A DNA stretch of 64,000 bases from positions 1,496 to 65,495 of the forward strand of contig JAAZML010000056.1 in NCBI GenBank assembly GCA_012798835.1. The letters run 5' to 3'. Of the stretch, positions 18,830 to 29,206 are shown piece after piece; position 1 is the first letter of the stretch, and each line of letters starts with the position of its first letter. The notes below the pieces were generated by a model. That model made no database searches. It had not been told where the DNA came from and was given only the letters and a program-made list of their open reading frames with translations. Position numbers and translations under genes: made by a program. The stretch comes from Clostridium sp. (GTDB taxonomy: Bacteria; Bacillota; Clostridia; Acetivibrionales; Acetivibrionaceae).

Positions 18830-20179
18830 ATGAAAAGTATAAAATTTGACTATTCAAATGCATTTGGTTTTATAAAAGAGGATGAGGTTTCATGTCTTGA
18901 GGACTTTGTAAAATCTTCCCATGAGATGCTTCACAATAAAACCGGTGCGGGAAAAGAATTTTTGGGGTGGGTTGATCTTCCTATAAACTACGATAAAGAA
19001 GAGTTTTCCAGGATTAAGGAGGCGGCTCAAAAGATAAAATCCGATTCCCAAGCACTTGTGGTAATCGGTATTGGGGGCTCATATCTGGGTGCAAGGGCTG
19101 CAATAGATATGTTATCCCATTCTTTCCACAATGTTCTGCCGGATTCCAAAAGGGGGACGCCACAAATATTTTTTGTAGGTAATAATATTAGTTCTACATA
19201 CATTGCAGACCTATTCGATGTGCTAGAAGATAAGGATATTTCGGTAAACATAATATCAAAATCAGGGACTACTACTGAACCTGCGATAGCATTTAGAATG
19301 TTTAGAGAATACATGGAGAATAAGTATGGTAAGGAAGGGGCAAAGGGTAGAATTTATGCAACTACCGATAAGGAAAAGGGTGCTTTAAAGAAACTGTCGA
19401 CAGAAGAGGGATACGAAACTTTTGTTGTTCCTGATGATATCGGGGGAAGATTTTCAGTGTTAACTTCCGTAGGCCTGCTTCCCATAGCGGTAGCCGGTAT
19501 AGATATTGATAGCATAATGAAGGGGGCAGCGGATGCGTACGGACTCTATAACGACCCATGCCTTGAAAAAAATGATTGTTATAAGTATGCAGCGGTAAGA
19601 AATGCTCTTTATAGAAAGAACAAAACTATAGAGGTAATGGTTAATTACGAGCCTTCGCTTCATTATTTTACGGAGTGGTGGAAACAGCTTTTTGGTGAAA
19701 GTGAGGGTAAGGATCAAAAGGGGATATTCCCAGCCGGAGTTGATTTTACAACAGATCTTCATTCCATGGGTCAGTACATTCAAGAAGGGCTGAGAAATAT
19801 GTTTGAAACGGTGGTCAGGGTTGAAAATCCCACGAAGAATATTGTGATAAAGGAAGATAAGGATAACCTTGATGGACTTAATTTTATTGCCGGAAGAGAT
19901 GTGGATTATGTTAACAAGAAAGCATTGGAAGGTACTATGTTGGCCCACACAGACGGGGGAGTTCCAAACCTTGTAGTATCCGTACCTAAACTGAATGCAT
20001 ATTACTTTGGTAGTATGGTATACTTCTTTGAAAAGGCATGCGGGTTGAGTGGATATATTCTCGGTGTAAATCCCTTCGATCAACCTGGGGTCGAGGCATA
20101 TAAGAAAAACATGTTTGCACTTTTAGGTAAGCCTGGTTTTGAAGAGCAAAGGAAGATGCTTGAATCACGTCTTGGCTGA
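18830..20179 (+). CDS. pgi: Glucose-6-phosphate isomerase
   Basis: 'FLGWVDLP...[15 protein letters not shown]...[15 protein letters not shown]...[14 protein letters not shown]...[16 protein letters not shown]...[18 protein letters not shown]' is the Firmicute short PGI (449 aa). The ATG at 18830 follows 'ttggaggt'. Confidence 0.95.
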   Translation: MKSIKFDYSNAFGFIKEDEVSCLEDFVKSSHEMLHNKTGAGKEFLGWVDLPINYDKEEFSRIKEAAQKIKSDSQALVVIGIGGSYLGARAAIDMLSHSFHNVLPDSKRGTPQIFFVGNNISSTYIADLFDVLEDKDISVNIISKSGTTTEPAIAFRMFREYMENKYGKEGAKGRIYATTDKEKGALKKLSTEEGYETFVVPDDIGGRFSVLTSVGLLPIAVAGIDIDSIMKGAADAYGLYNDPCLEKNDCYKYAAVRNALYRKNKTIEVMVNYEPSLHYFTEWWKQLFGESEGKDQKGIFPAGVDFTTDLHSMGQYIQEGLRNMFETVVRVENPTKNIVIKEDKDNLDGLNFIAGRDVDYVNKKALEGTMLAHTDGGVPNLVVSVPKLNAYYFGSMVYFFEKACGLSGYILGVNPFDQPGVEAYKKNMFALLGKPGFEEQRKMLESRLG

Positions 20180-20331
20180 TTATGGTTTACGGTGATATTC
20201 CGGCTTTATCGTAAAAAACGTATCGTATAATGTATTGTCGTGTATCTTAAAATTGGAGGCTCACAAGTGCCTTTTAGAAGCTACAGGGTTGAGAGATAAC
20301 CTTGTAGCTTCCCAAATACCTTAATTGTGTT

Positions 20332-21135
20332 TTAAACATACAAAATGGCTATTTCGGGTGTAGATAGAAATCTTAAAGGAAAGCATACATTACCAAGACC
20401 ACGGCTAATGTATAAGTTAATGCCTTTTACCTTATGTGCTCCCCGGGTAATACCCATTTTGCAAAGAACCTCATTTCTCAGGATTCTAAATTCCAGATTA
20501 AAGGGCATCCATATTTGTCCGCCATGGAAATGACCGCATAAAAGATAATCTACATATCCTTCAGGGATTTTAAACACAATATCCGGGTTGTGGGAAAACG
20601 CAATGTTGCAACCCATATTTTTATTACATGATTTAAGAGAACTTTCTATATTGTATCTTTTTGATCTAAGATCTTCTATTCCGATTATATTATATTTGCG
20701 TTTATCCTTCTCAAAACACCTCGAATCGTTAAGAAGAACGGTTGCACCACTTTTTTCTACCTTTTTTTTAAATTTACTTATTTTTATTTCATCGTTTTCC
20801 AGGGTATTATAATCGTGATTACCAAGGCATAAAAATATTTTATGATCACCCTTGATGGTTTCTATAAATTTTAAAAACATTGGCATATGCTTTATTTTAG
20901 TAATATAATCGCCTGTCAAAATAACGAGGTCAGGTTTTTCAGATTGCAGCACCCTGATTATTTTGCCCATGTTCACTCTTAGATAAGATAAATGCAGATC
21001 TGACATATGAACGATTTTTAAAGGGTCCTCATAATCAACATAACGAATATGGCTTGTCTTTAATTGTGTTGTCTCATAGCGCATGTACGCAAGGGTTAAA
21101 ACAACTGCCATCGCAGCAATATACAAAAAAATCAT
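20332..21135 (-). CDS. Membrane-anchored metallophosphoesterase (calcineurin-like)
   Basis: N-terminal TM helix, then 'IVHMSDLHL', 'LTGDY', 'LGNHD' and 'CGHFHGGQ' phosphoesterase motifs. Confidence 0.85.
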   Translation of the reverse strand: MIFLYIAAMAVVLTLAYMRYETTQLKTSHIRYVDYEDPLKIVHMSDLHLSYLRVNMGKIIRVLQSEKPDLVILTGDYITKIKHMPMFLKFIETIKGDHKIFLCLGNHDYNTLENDEIKISKFKKKVEKSGATVLLNDSRCFEKDKRKYNIIGIEDLRSKRYNIESSLKSCNKNMGCNIAFSHNPDIVFKIPEGYVDYLLCGHFHGGQIWMPFNLEFRILRNEVLCKMGITRGAHKVKGINLYISRGLGNVCFPLRFLSTPEIAILYV

Positions 21136-21331
21136 AACATCCCCTTTATCTTTTAGAAAATAAGCTTATTCTATCAAATAATATATCAGGAATAATGGAT
21201 TATATCAATGAATTTTTGTTCAACTGCCAGAGACACAGATACAGGGAAATTTGCAGGTATAAGTGTGGTGATATTATCCACTGGATTTTAGACTCTAATG
21301 GGCATTATAATTATATAAGGGGTGCTAAACA

Positions 21332-21496
21332 ATGTTTTTTAATTCTAATGATGATCATAAGCTTATGCCGAGAACCTATTCCATTAGGGGATACAAGAGA
21401 AGGAAGCCTTCGGCAGCCAAGAAAATATTCAGATTTTTTCTTTACCTTATTGCATTAGCACTAGTGGCAGCAGTGGTGTTTTTGTTTATTATTTAA
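21332..21496 (+). CDS. Possible 54-aa tail-anchored small membrane protein (below the ORF-track cutoff)
   Basis: Translation is 'MFFNSNDDHKLMPRTYSIRGYKRRKPSAAKKIFRFFLYLIALALVAAVVFLFII*': a basic stretch followed by one hydrophobic helix. RBS-like 'aaggggtg' lies 8 nt upstream. No homology evidence is available. Confidence 0.3.
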   Translation: MFFNSNDDHKLMPRTYSIRGYKRRKPSAAKKIFRFFLYLIALALVAAVVFLFII

Positions 21497-21525
21497 TGGA
21501 AAATAGAAAAAATATTATTTTTCTA

Positions 21526-21554
21526 TTGACAAGTGCCACAAATCTGTATATAAT
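21526..21554 (+). promoter_or_regulatory. Consensus sigma-A promoter of tRNA-Leu
   Basis: TTGACA (21526-21531), exactly 17 nt, TATAAT (21549-21554), about 25 nt before the tRNA. Confidence 0.7.
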
Positions 21555-21578
21555 ATCACTTGTCTTTAAAGTTTATAT

Positions 21579-21662
21579 GCGGACGTGGCGGAATTGGCAG
21601 ACGCGCTAGACTTAGGATCTAGTGTCTTTGACGTGGGGGTTCAAGTCCCTTCGTCCGCACCA
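21579..21662 (+). tRNA. tRNA-Leu (anticodon UAG), long variable arm, CCA encoded
   Basis: Acceptor gcggacg/cgtccgc, anticodon stem ctaga/tctag with loop cTTAGga, variable arm 'tgtctttgacgt', T arm ggggg-ttcaagt-ccctt, discriminator a, then cca. Confidence 0.9.
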
Positions 21663-21672
21663 TGCCGAATGT

Positions 21673-21900
21673 TCATAAGGACACTGAACATTCCTTGACC
21701 GGGAGTAACCGAGAGGTTGCTCCCGGTTTCGTTATGCCACCTTGCGGGTGATGGACAACTATCTTTTCCACAAGCTCATTGAGGATTATCGGTGCAAGCT
21801 CTTGTATATCAGTGTACTTCTTCACGGTTCGCGGAAAGCAGACCGCACTGTGCTTGCGCCGTTCCTCCGCATCAATCTCTGTTTGTAAGGTATTTAACTT
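21673..21900 (-). pseudogene. Remnant of a large serine recombinase gene (DUF4368-like C-terminal segment)
   Basis: The minus-strand translation reads '...TEIDAEERRKHSAVCFPRTVKKYTDIQELAPIILNELVEKIVVHHPQGG...'. The 'KKYTDIQEL..ILNE.VEKIVVH' stretch is characteristic of the DUF4368 region of TndX-type serine recombinases. There is no start codon and no catalytic N-terminal domain. The segment is visibly GC-richer than its flanks. Confidence 0.5.
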
Positions 21901-21922
21901 AAATTCGAATTGGATATTTGTC

Positions 21923-23245
21923 TCAAATACCTATAGATTTTTTCATATCATCAACAAGCCCGACAAGTATTTCTTTTTTATTGTGATCTGGGTTTTTGAG
22001 TACATAATTTAAAAGTTTATTTAAAATAAATCCGATTTCTTTCCCCTGTTTCATCCCCATGGAAAGTAAATCATGCCCATTTATAGCAAGATCCTTTATC
22101 GTCAGGCACTGTTTTTTGTTTTTTATATCGTAATATATTTTTTTTATTTCCCCTAGTACATTTAATCCTTTTTCTAGATACACGGGATTTTGACCCCTTT
22201 TATCTGCCTCCTGAACCTTTAAAAGATCTAAAAACAAGTCTATGCCTGTAATTCCCACCGCTTTGCGTACGGCTTTATAATTTGGATTAGTGGGTCTATC
22301 ATGGTATTTTATAAGCCTTAGGATTCTATCTTTTGCAGCATTGCTGAAATGATACCTTTCTAGAATGTTTTTTGCCATACCGACACTCATAAATGAATGG
22401 CCATAAAAGTGATCAATGCCCTTACTATCAGTAGTTTTCGTGACAGATTTCCCTATATCGTGCAATAACATAGCCCATCTTAGTATTCTATCCTTATCGA
22501 TATTTGCTGCCGCACACAGGGAATGTATCGCTACATTATGTATATGATAAGGATGATTTTGGGCTACATCAAAACATAAATCAAATTCCGGGATTATGTG
22601 GGCAAGAAGCCCTGTTTCCCTAAGTATAATAAACCTTTCAATTCTATCGGATATTAGTATTTTGGATATTTCATTTTCTATTCTCTCGGGGCTGATTCTT
22701 TTAATTAAGGTACAATTTTCTTTAATTGAGTTAAGGAGAAATGCATCAATTTCAAAACCCAATTCCGCACTAAATCGTATGGCGCGGAGCATCCTTAAAG
22801 GATCTTCATTTAGACGATGGAAGGGATCCCCAACAGTGCGAATAGTGGATTTTTTTATATCCTCCAAGCCCAAGAAGGGATCTAAAAGCCCTTTTTGAGG
22901 ATGGTAGGCCATCGCATTCATTGTAAAATCTCTAAGTCCAAGATCGCTGGTAATACTGGATACATTTGTGGGAGATGATTTATAAGTAGAGATTTCATAA
23001 TTGTTTTTATTAACAACTGCAATAATTGTTCCATGTTTTGTATTGGTTTTTATAGTTGTGGAAAACAAGTGTTTTATATCTTCCACCTTTGCGTTTGTTG
23101 TTATATCCCAATCATTGGGCAAAACACCCAAAAAAACATCCCTGATACAACCCCCAACTGCATAGGCTTCGTAACCGGAATTATTAAATTTATTAATTAT
23201 ATACATTACCTCTTCAGGGATATTAAAAAGGATCATGTTTTCCAT
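21923..23245 (-). CDS. cca: CCA tRNA nucleotidyltransferase (poly(A) polymerase family head plus HD domain)
   Basis: 'AYAVGGCIRDVFLG..PNDWDITT', 'RDFTMNAMA', 'DPLRMLRAIRFSAELGF', and HD motif 'LLHDIGK'. The start is taken at 'MENMILF' (23245), 10 nt after AGGAG; the ORF track extends to 23275. Confidence 0.88.
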   Translation of the reverse strand: MENMILFNIPEEVMYIINKFNNSGYEAYAVGGCIRDVFLGVLPNDWDITTNAKVEDIKHLFSTTIKTNTKHGTIIAVVNKNNYEISTYKSSPTNVSSITSDLGLRDFTMNAMAYHPQKGLLDPFLGLEDIKKSTIRTVGDPFHRLNEDPLRMLRAIRFSAELGFEIDAFLLNSIKENCTLIKRISPERIENEISKILISDRIERFIILRETGLLAHIIPEFDLCFDVAQNHPYHIHNVAIHSLCAAANIDKDRILRWAMLLHDIGKSVTKTTDSKGIDHFYGHSFMSVGMAKNILERYHFSNAAKDRILRLIKYHDRPTNPNYKAVRKAVGITGIDLFLDLLKVQEADKRGQNPVYLEKGLNVLGEIKKIYYDIKNKKQCLTIKDLAINGHDLLSMGMKQGKEIGFILNKLLNYVLKNPDHNKKEILVGLVDDMKKSIGI

Positions 23246-23445
23246 ACCGCATCTACTCCTGCAACACAGTAGCATTAAAGTATTTTGTACATATATAATG
23301 CCCCAAACGATATTGTACTACAATCCTAGATATTTTGTTAGTCATGTTATTATTGTATGAAACATATGGTAGTATGCACAGTAAGATAAAACTCACAATA
23401 TTCGGAAAAGAGCCACAAATAAGGAAACATAATATTAATTGGGAG

Positions 23446-23493
23446 AAAAAAAGCCCCGCGCATTCCAATATAAGAAGGGAGAATGCAACGGGG
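23446..23493 (-). terminator. Minus-strand intrinsic terminator about 200 nt upstream of cca
   Basis: On the minus strand 'ccccgttgcattc ... gaatgcgcgggg' forms a 12-13 bp GC-rich stem and is followed by a 7-U run (plus-strand A-run 23446-23452). Confidence 0.6.
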
Positions 23494-24002
23494 TTTAGGG
23501 GAGTAACTTTTTTAAAATTACTATAACTAATATACTACATAAAACACAAAAATGAAAGTTAACGTCACGATCTCGCAAAATTCGACAAAATATTCGACAA
23601 AAAGCATCGGATTACACTAGCTATCTAAATATAACTTCGTGATTATGTGGAAAACTAAGTCACAATTATCTTAATAAGGTGTTAGGATAGGAATTATATC
23701 TTATTATCCTAGAGAGGGAAAAGGAATGCATGATAAAGAAAAATTAATAAAAAAAATCCTCATTTATTAATATGAGGAAATAAGAGTATTTCAAATCTCA
23801 TATTTATTATATCATATATGCTAGAGAAGTGCCACACTTTTTTTCATTTACATTACAGGAGTATTAAGTTTGTGTTAAATAGATAAAAATAACGGGTATA
23901 TCAACGGGTCTAAGTGGACTCTTGACCGTTTTATAAAAAGCTGGTATTGTAGTTTGGAGAGGGAGATAATTTCTCTATATAGCTAATGGGGGCGGGTATC
24001 CT

Positions 24003-24308
24003 ATGAATTTTAAAATAAAAAATGATATGACGGATAGGTTATTTGAAGCCATTTTGCTCCTTGAAAATATAGGGGAATGTTATAGTTTTTTTGAAGACAT
24101 CTGTACAGTTTCAGAGATAAAGGCTTTGGCACAGAGACTTGAGGTTGCAAAAATGCTAAAAGATAGAAAAACCTACTTGGAAATTACTGAAAAGACCGGT
24201 GTAAGCACTGCCACAATAAGCAGAATAAACAGGGCACTAAATTACGGTGCCGATGGATATAAAACTATTTTAGATAGGCTATGCAATAAACAAGAGGGCA
24301 TTGATTAG
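24003..24308 (+). CDS. YerC/YecD family TrpR-related DNA-binding protein
   Basis: 'LFEAILLLENIGECYSFFEDICTVSEIKALAQRLEVAKML...TYLEI...TGVSTATISRINRAL..G..GY' is the YerC/YecD signature. 101 aa. RBS 'gggggcgggt'. Confidence 0.85.
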   Translation: MNFKIKNDMTDRLFEAILLLENIGECYSFFEDICTVSEIKALAQRLEVAKMLKDRKTYLEITEKTGVSTATISRINRALNYGADGYKTILDRLCNKQEGID

Positions 24309-24420
24309 TTAGACTCTTTTCACTATTGAATGTTTTTTTAAAATAAGATAATATTACATTGGGAAAAGAATTTGCCAGGGGATTATCCCTGTAATTGGGT
24401 TTTGTGAAGGAGATGGTGGT

Positions 24421-25002
24421 ATGCTCTTTTTTATTGCTATATTACTGGCTTTCACATTGGCAACGCTGTACGGTATTATAACCGGAAAGAAATTTACATT
24501 GCTAAACACCAGACTTAAAGGAGTTTGGTTAGTGGGTGCTGCTTTTGTGTTTCAAACGGGTACGCGATTTCTTGGTATGCTCGGCATTAATTTGGTAGTT
24601 AAGTATACGTTGGCGATCCAAGCAGTGGTATTTGGCCTAGTATTTATGTGTTTTTGGCTTAACAGGCGGTATATTGGTCTTTGGATTGTGGGTGTTGGGG
24701 CATCTTTGAATGCCTTGGTTATGCTTTTAAACGGGGGAAGAATGCCAGTTAGCTTTAGAGCGATGCAAAGAGCGGGAATAGATAAAATAGGAAACATGAT
24801 ATTAGACGGTGCAGACAACAAACATATCATTATAAACAAATCCACCAAGCTGACGTTTTTGGCCGATGTCATATATTTACCGGGTTTTTTGGGTGAAGGA
24901 ATAAGAGTTATGAGTGCTGGGGATGTGTTGGTGGCTTTTGGATTATTTATATTTGTTTTTGAATTATGTTCCTCGTCAATGGAGCCGGCAAAACGCATAT
25001 AA
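24421..25002 (+). CDS. Polytopic membrane protein, DUF5317-like
   Basis: About five hydrophobic segments and '[16 protein letters not shown]'. RBS 'gaaggagatggtggt'. The family name is from memory and should be confirmed. Confidence 0.7.
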   Translation: MLFFIAILLAFTLATLYGIITGKKFTLLNTRLKGVWLVGAAFVFQTGTRFLGMLGINLVVKYTLAIQAVVFGLVFMCFWLNRRYIGLWIVGVGASLNALVMLLNGGRMPVSFRAMQRAGIDKIGNMILDGADNKHIIINKSTKLTFLADVIYLPGFLGEGIRVMSAGDVLVAFGLFIFVFELCSSSMEPAKRI

Positions 25003-25138
25003 GGTTGCAGCTGATATGGAATTATATTATAGACTCAGGTCTGTAGATCAGGCCACCAATAAATTATGGCTCAATATAAAGGATACCGACCTCGCAAAGG
25101 GCCATAAAAATCAACATATTATACTCGGAGGTTTTTAT

Positions 25139-27874
25139 ATGTTTAAGTTATTAGAGAAGATAATAGGAAGCTATAGCGATAGGGAACTAAAAAGAATCAA
25201 TCCTATTGTTGATAAAATAGAAAACCTAGAAACACAAATGGAAGGACTCGATGACGAACAGCTCAAGGCCAAAACTCCTGAGTTTAAAAAACGAATCCGC
25301 GAAGGGGAAAGCCTAGATGATATTTTGCCAGAGGCCTTTGCGGTTGTGAGGGAGGCGTCAAAAAGGGTCCTAGGTATGAAGCATTTTAGGGTTCAGCTCA
25401 TTGGTGGGATTGTGCTTCACCAAGGCAGGATAGCTGAAATGAAAACGGGGGAAGGAAAGACCTTGGTAGCTACGCTTCCTGTATACCTAAATGCACTTGA
25501 AGGGAAAGGAGTACATGTTGTTACCGTAAATGACTATCTTGCAAAGCGTGATAGCGAATGGATGGGGAAGATATACAATTTTTTAGGATTAAGCGTTGGT
25601 CTTATTGTGCACGGCCTCAATAATAGCGAAAGAAGGGAAGCCTACGACTGTGACATAACTTACGGGACCAATAATGAGTATGGATTTGACTACTTAAGGG
25701 ATAATATGGTTATATATAAGCAGGATATGGTTCAAAGGGAGCTTAATTTTGCCATAGTGGATGAGGTGGATAGCATTCTAGTGGACGAAGCTAGGACTCC
25801 TCTTATTATATCTGGTGCAGGAGATAAATCCACCGACCTGTACACTAGGGTGGACGCTTTTGTTGGGAGGCTCAAGGTAAAAGTATTCAAGGAAACAGAT
25901 GATAAGGAACTTGATGACAATGTTGAGGCGGATTATATTGTTGACGAAAAGGCAAATACCGCAGCCTTGACTGCCGACGGCATTAAAAAATCTGAAGATT
26001 ATTTTGCTGTTGAAAACCTTTCGGATCCAGATAACCTTACATTATCACATCATATAAATCAAGCTTTAAGGGCTCGGGGTCTTATGAAGAGGGATAAGGA
26101 TTATGTGATAAAGGATGGGCAAATAATTATTGTCGATGAATTTACGGGACGACTCATGTATGGCAGAAGATATAGCAATGGTTTACACCAAGCCATAGAG
26201 GCAAAAGAGGGCGTAAAAGTTGAAAGGGAAAGTAAAACCCTCGCAACCGTAACATTCCAAAATTATTTTAGAATGTATAAAAAGCTATCGGGGATGACAG
26301 GTACGGCTCAAACTGAAGAACAAGAATTCCAAAGCATTTACAGTTTGGATGTGGTGGTTATTCCCACAAATATGCCTATTATTAGAAAAGACAACAATGA
26401 CAGTGTATATAAAAGTGAGGGAGGCAAGTTTAGGGCGGTAGCAAGGCAGGTTGAAGAATGCTACAAAAAGGGGCAACCGGTTTTAATCGGTACTATATCT
26501 ATAGAAAAATCCGAACAGCTAAGTTCTATATTAAAAAAAAGTGGAGTGCCTCACCAGGTTTTAAATGCAAAATATCATGAGAGGGAAGCTGAAATAATTG
26601 CCCAGGCAGGAAAGCTTGGTGCTGTAACTATTGCTACCAATATGGCGGGACGCGGCACAGATATTGTTTTGGGCGGCAATGCGGAATACATGGCCAAGCA
26701 AGAAATGAGAAAAAAAGGCTATGATGAGGATCTTATAAACCAAGCTACTGGGTTTTATGATACCTTTGACGGGGATATACTAGATGCAAGAAAAACATTT
26801 CGTGAAATCCACGATCAATTTAAAAAGATCACAAATTTGGAGAGGGATAAGGTTATAGAGGCTGGAGGTCTTTTTATAATCGGTACAGAAAGGCATGAGT
26901 CAAGGCGTATAGACAATCAGCTACGGGGACGTTCAGGGCGTCAGGGGGATATAGGGGAATCCAGGTTTTACATCTCCCTTGAAGACGATTTAATGAGGCT
27001 TTTTGGTTCAGACAGGCTTATGGGTATGGTTGATGCGCTAGGTCTTGGTGAGGATGAACCCATTGAGCGCAGGATGCTCAGTAATGCCATTGAAGCAGCA
27101 CAAAAAAGAGTAGAAGGCAAAAACTTTGCTATAAGAAAAAGTGTTCTAGAGTATGATGACGTCATGAATAAGCAAAGAGAGGTAATATATAGGCAAAGAA
27201 GAAAGGTGCTGGACGGTGAGAACCTCAAGGAAAACATAATAAAGATGATTGAGGGCATCGCTGGGAATATTGTAGAATTATATTGTATGGAGAGCCCGTA
27301 CCCAGACGATTGGGATTGGGAGGGAATCAAAGCTTATGCGGAAAAATCCTTTGTAACCGAAGGTTTATTTGAATTTTCAAGAGATGAGATGGAGAGCTTA
27401 TCAAAGGATTCGATGCAAGAAAAAATTCTAGAGAATATGATTAAAAGATACGAGGAGAAAGAATCTGAATTCGGTCCCGAATTTATGAGAGAACTTGAAA
27501 GGGTTGTACTTCTTAGAATAGTTGATCAAAAATGGATGAATCACATTGATGATATGGATCAGCTGCAGCAAGGTATTAGGCTCAGAGCATTTGGGCAAAG
27601 AGATCCTGTTATTGAATACAAATTCGAGGGATTTGAGATGTTTGAAGAAATGAATAGAAACATACAAACCGATGTAGTCAGGGTTATTTTAAATACCCAA
27701 ATCGATCGTGAACGTATACCAAGGCGCGAGAAAGTGGCAGAACCAATGGTGGCATCCCATGGAAAGGATAGCGTTAAAAAACCAACCGTCAAAAAACAAA
27801 GGGTTGGAAGAAACGATCCTTGCCCATGCGGGAGTGGTAAGAAGTATAAGAAATGTTGCGGCGTGGATAACTAA
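25139..27874 (+). CDS. secA: Preprotein translocase ATPase SecA
   Basis: '[20 protein letters not shown]' N-terminus, '[14 protein letters not shown]' Walker A, '[19 protein letters not shown]' DEAD motif, '[10 protein letters not shown]', and the C-terminal zinc motif '[18 protein letters not shown]'. The ATG at 25139 follows 'cggaggt'; the ORF track extends upstream to 24914. Confidence 0.97.
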   Translation: MFKLLEKIIGSYSDRELKRINPIVDKIENLETQMEGLDDEQLKAKTPEFKKRIREGESLDDILPEAFAVVREASKRVLGMKHFRVQLIGGIVLHQGRIAEMKTGEGKTLVATLPVYLNALEGKGVHVVTVNDYLAKRDSEWMGKIYNFLGLSVGLIVHGLNNSERREAYDCDITYGTNNEYGFDYLRDNMVIYKQDMVQRELNFAIVDEVDSILVDEARTPLIISGAGDKSTDLYTRVDAFVGRLKVKVFKETDDKELDDNVEADYIVDEKANTAALTADGIKKSEDYFAVENLSDPDNLTLSHHINQALRARGLMKRDKDYVIKDGQIIIVDEFTGRLMYGRRYSNGLHQAIEAKEGVKVERESKTLATVTFQNYFRMYKKLSGMTGTAQTEEQEFQSIYSLDVVVIPTNMPIIRKDNNDSVYKSEGGKFRAVARQVEECYKKGQPVLIGTISIEKSEQLSSILKKSGVPHQVLNAKYHEREAEIIAQAGKLGAVTIATNMAGRGTDIVLGGNAEYMAKQEMRKKGYDEDLINQATGFYDTFDGDILDARKTFREIHDQFKKITNLERDKVIEAGGLFIIGTERHESRRIDNQLRGRSGRQGDIGESRFYISLEDDLMRLFGSDRLMGMVDALGLGEDEPIERRMLSNAIEAAQKRVEGKNFAIRKSVLEYDDVMNKQREVIYRQRRKVLDGENLKENIIKMIEGIAGNIVELYCMESPYPDDWDWEGIKAYAEKSFVTEGLFEFSRDEMESLSKDSMQEKILENMIKRYEEKESEFGPEFMRELERVVLLRIVDQKWMNHIDDMDQLQQGIRLRAFGQRDPVIEYKFEGFEMFEEMNRNIQTDVVRVILNTQIDRERIPRREKVAEPMVASHGKDSVKKPTVKKQRVGRNDPCPCGSGKKYKKCCGVDN

Positions 27875-27890
27875 ACTAGGGGTACATTTT

Positions 27891-29171
27891 ATGGATTATA
27901 ATCAGGCAATCGAATATATACATGGGACACTAAAATTCGGCATGAAGCTTGGGTTAGAGAATATAAAGACTCTTTTAGAGGCCATGGGTAATCCCCACAA
28001 ATCGCTAAAATATGTACACGTGGCAGGCACGAATGGGAAGGGGTCTACCTGCACTTTTATCGGTAGCATATTGCAAAATGCGGGCTATAAGGTAGGTATG
28101 TATACCTCGCCTTATATAGAGAATTTTACAGAACGAATTAAAATCAATACAAACGAAATCCCAAAACAAGACCTAGCAAAGATAACACAATTCGTAAGAC
28201 AAAATGTTAAGGATATGCTTTTAAGGGGCTTCAATCATCCGACTGAGTTTGAGATAACAACGGCGATAGCATTCCAATATTTCCATGAAAATAATTGTGA
28301 CATAGTCGTTCTGGAGGTTGGCCTAGGGGGGCTGTACGATTCGACCAACATTATAGACAGTGCATTAGTGTCGGTGGTAACGGCCATAGGTCATGATCAT
28401 ATGGATAGGCTGGGAGATTCTTTATCTCAAATTGCACAAGAAAAGGCAGGAATAATAAAACGGGAAACCAGCGTAATTCTATCTCCGCAGGTCCGGGAGG
28501 TGGAGGAAGTTTTTGAAATGGTTTGCACAAAAAAAGAGGTAAAACTTCATAAGGTGGATTCTAGTAGGATAAAAATAAACAAGGTATCTTTAGGGGGACA
28601 GAAGTTTGATTATGATGGTTTTAATGGGCTGAGTATAAGCCTATTAGGAGAGCATCAGGTGGTGAATGCAGCAACGGCTGTAGAGGCGGTTTTGGCTCTT
28701 AGACATGGGGGTTACCATATAAGTGAGGGTGCAATTAAAAAAGGTTTAGAAGTAGCCAAATGGCCTGGAAGACTTGAAATTTTAAGCAGAAAACCTTTTT
28801 TTATAATTGATGGAGCACACAATTTAGAAGGCTCGCAAGCATTATCAAGGTTTATAAACAGAAATTTTCCAAAAAGCAAAAAGGTATTTATTATGGGTAT
28901 ACTGAAGGATAAAGATTATATGGCTGTTATTCGGGAGATGGCTCCTTTGGCCCAATGCATTATTGCGGTAACACCCAAAAATGAGAGGGCACTGCCTGCA
29001 GCACAGTTGCTAGAAAATATTAAACTTTATTGTAATTGTGTGCTATTTAGTGATACAATTGAAGCGGCGGTAAAAAAAAGCTTTGAAATAGCTGATGATG
29101 ATAGCCTAATTTGTGCTTTTGGGTCCTTATATTACATAGGGGAAGTCAGGGGTATGTTTTCCCCGGTATAG
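27891..29171 (+). CDS. folC: Bifunctional folylpolyglutamate synthase / dihydrofolate synthase
   Basis: 'HVAGTNGKGST' P-loop, 'LEVGLGGLYDSTN', 'ITAIGHDHMDRLG', 'DGAHN'. The ATG at 27891 gives the usual 'MDYNQAIEYIH' N-terminus; the ORF track extends to 27708 inside secA. Confidence 0.92.
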   Translation: MDYNQAIEYIHGTLKFGMKLGLENIKTLLEAMGNPHKSLKYVHVAGTNGKGSTCTFIGSILQNAGYKVGMYTSPYIENFTERIKINTNEIPKQDLAKITQFVRQNVKDMLLRGFNHPTEFEITTAIAFQYFHENNCDIVVLEVGLGGLYDSTNIIDSALVSVVTAIGHDHMDRLGDSLSQIAQEKAGIIKRETSVILSPQVREVEEVFEMVCTKKEVKLHKVDSSRIKINKVSLGGQKFDYDGFNGLSISLLGEHQVVNAATAVEAVLALRHGGYHISEGAIKKGLEVAKWPGRLEILSRKPFFIIDGAHNLEGSQALSRFINRNFPKSKKVFIMGILKDKDYMAVIREMAPLAQCIIAVTPKNERALPAAQLLENIKLYCNCVLFSDTIEAAVKKSFEIADDDSLICAFGSLYYIGEVRGMFSPV

Positions 29172-29206
29172 GAACGTTAAAATCTGGATAAGGAACAGAA
29201 TTTTCA

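Noticed and set aside
21195-22012. ORFs 21195-21458 (+) and 21779-22012 (+)
   Set aside because: The first has no RBS and overlaps the better-supported 54-codon ORF in another frame. The second runs across the recombinase relic and the 3' end of cca on the wrong strand.
24914-25138. N-terminal extensions in the ORF track for secA (24914), folC (27708), thrC (31740), pgi (18770), hom (36522), the ACT protein (36071), cca (23275), dnaE (59102) and pgm (57318)
   Set aside because: In each case an internal start codon with a proper Shine-Dalgarno sequence reproduces the canonical family N-terminus. The upstream extension overlaps the previous gene or intergenic signals.
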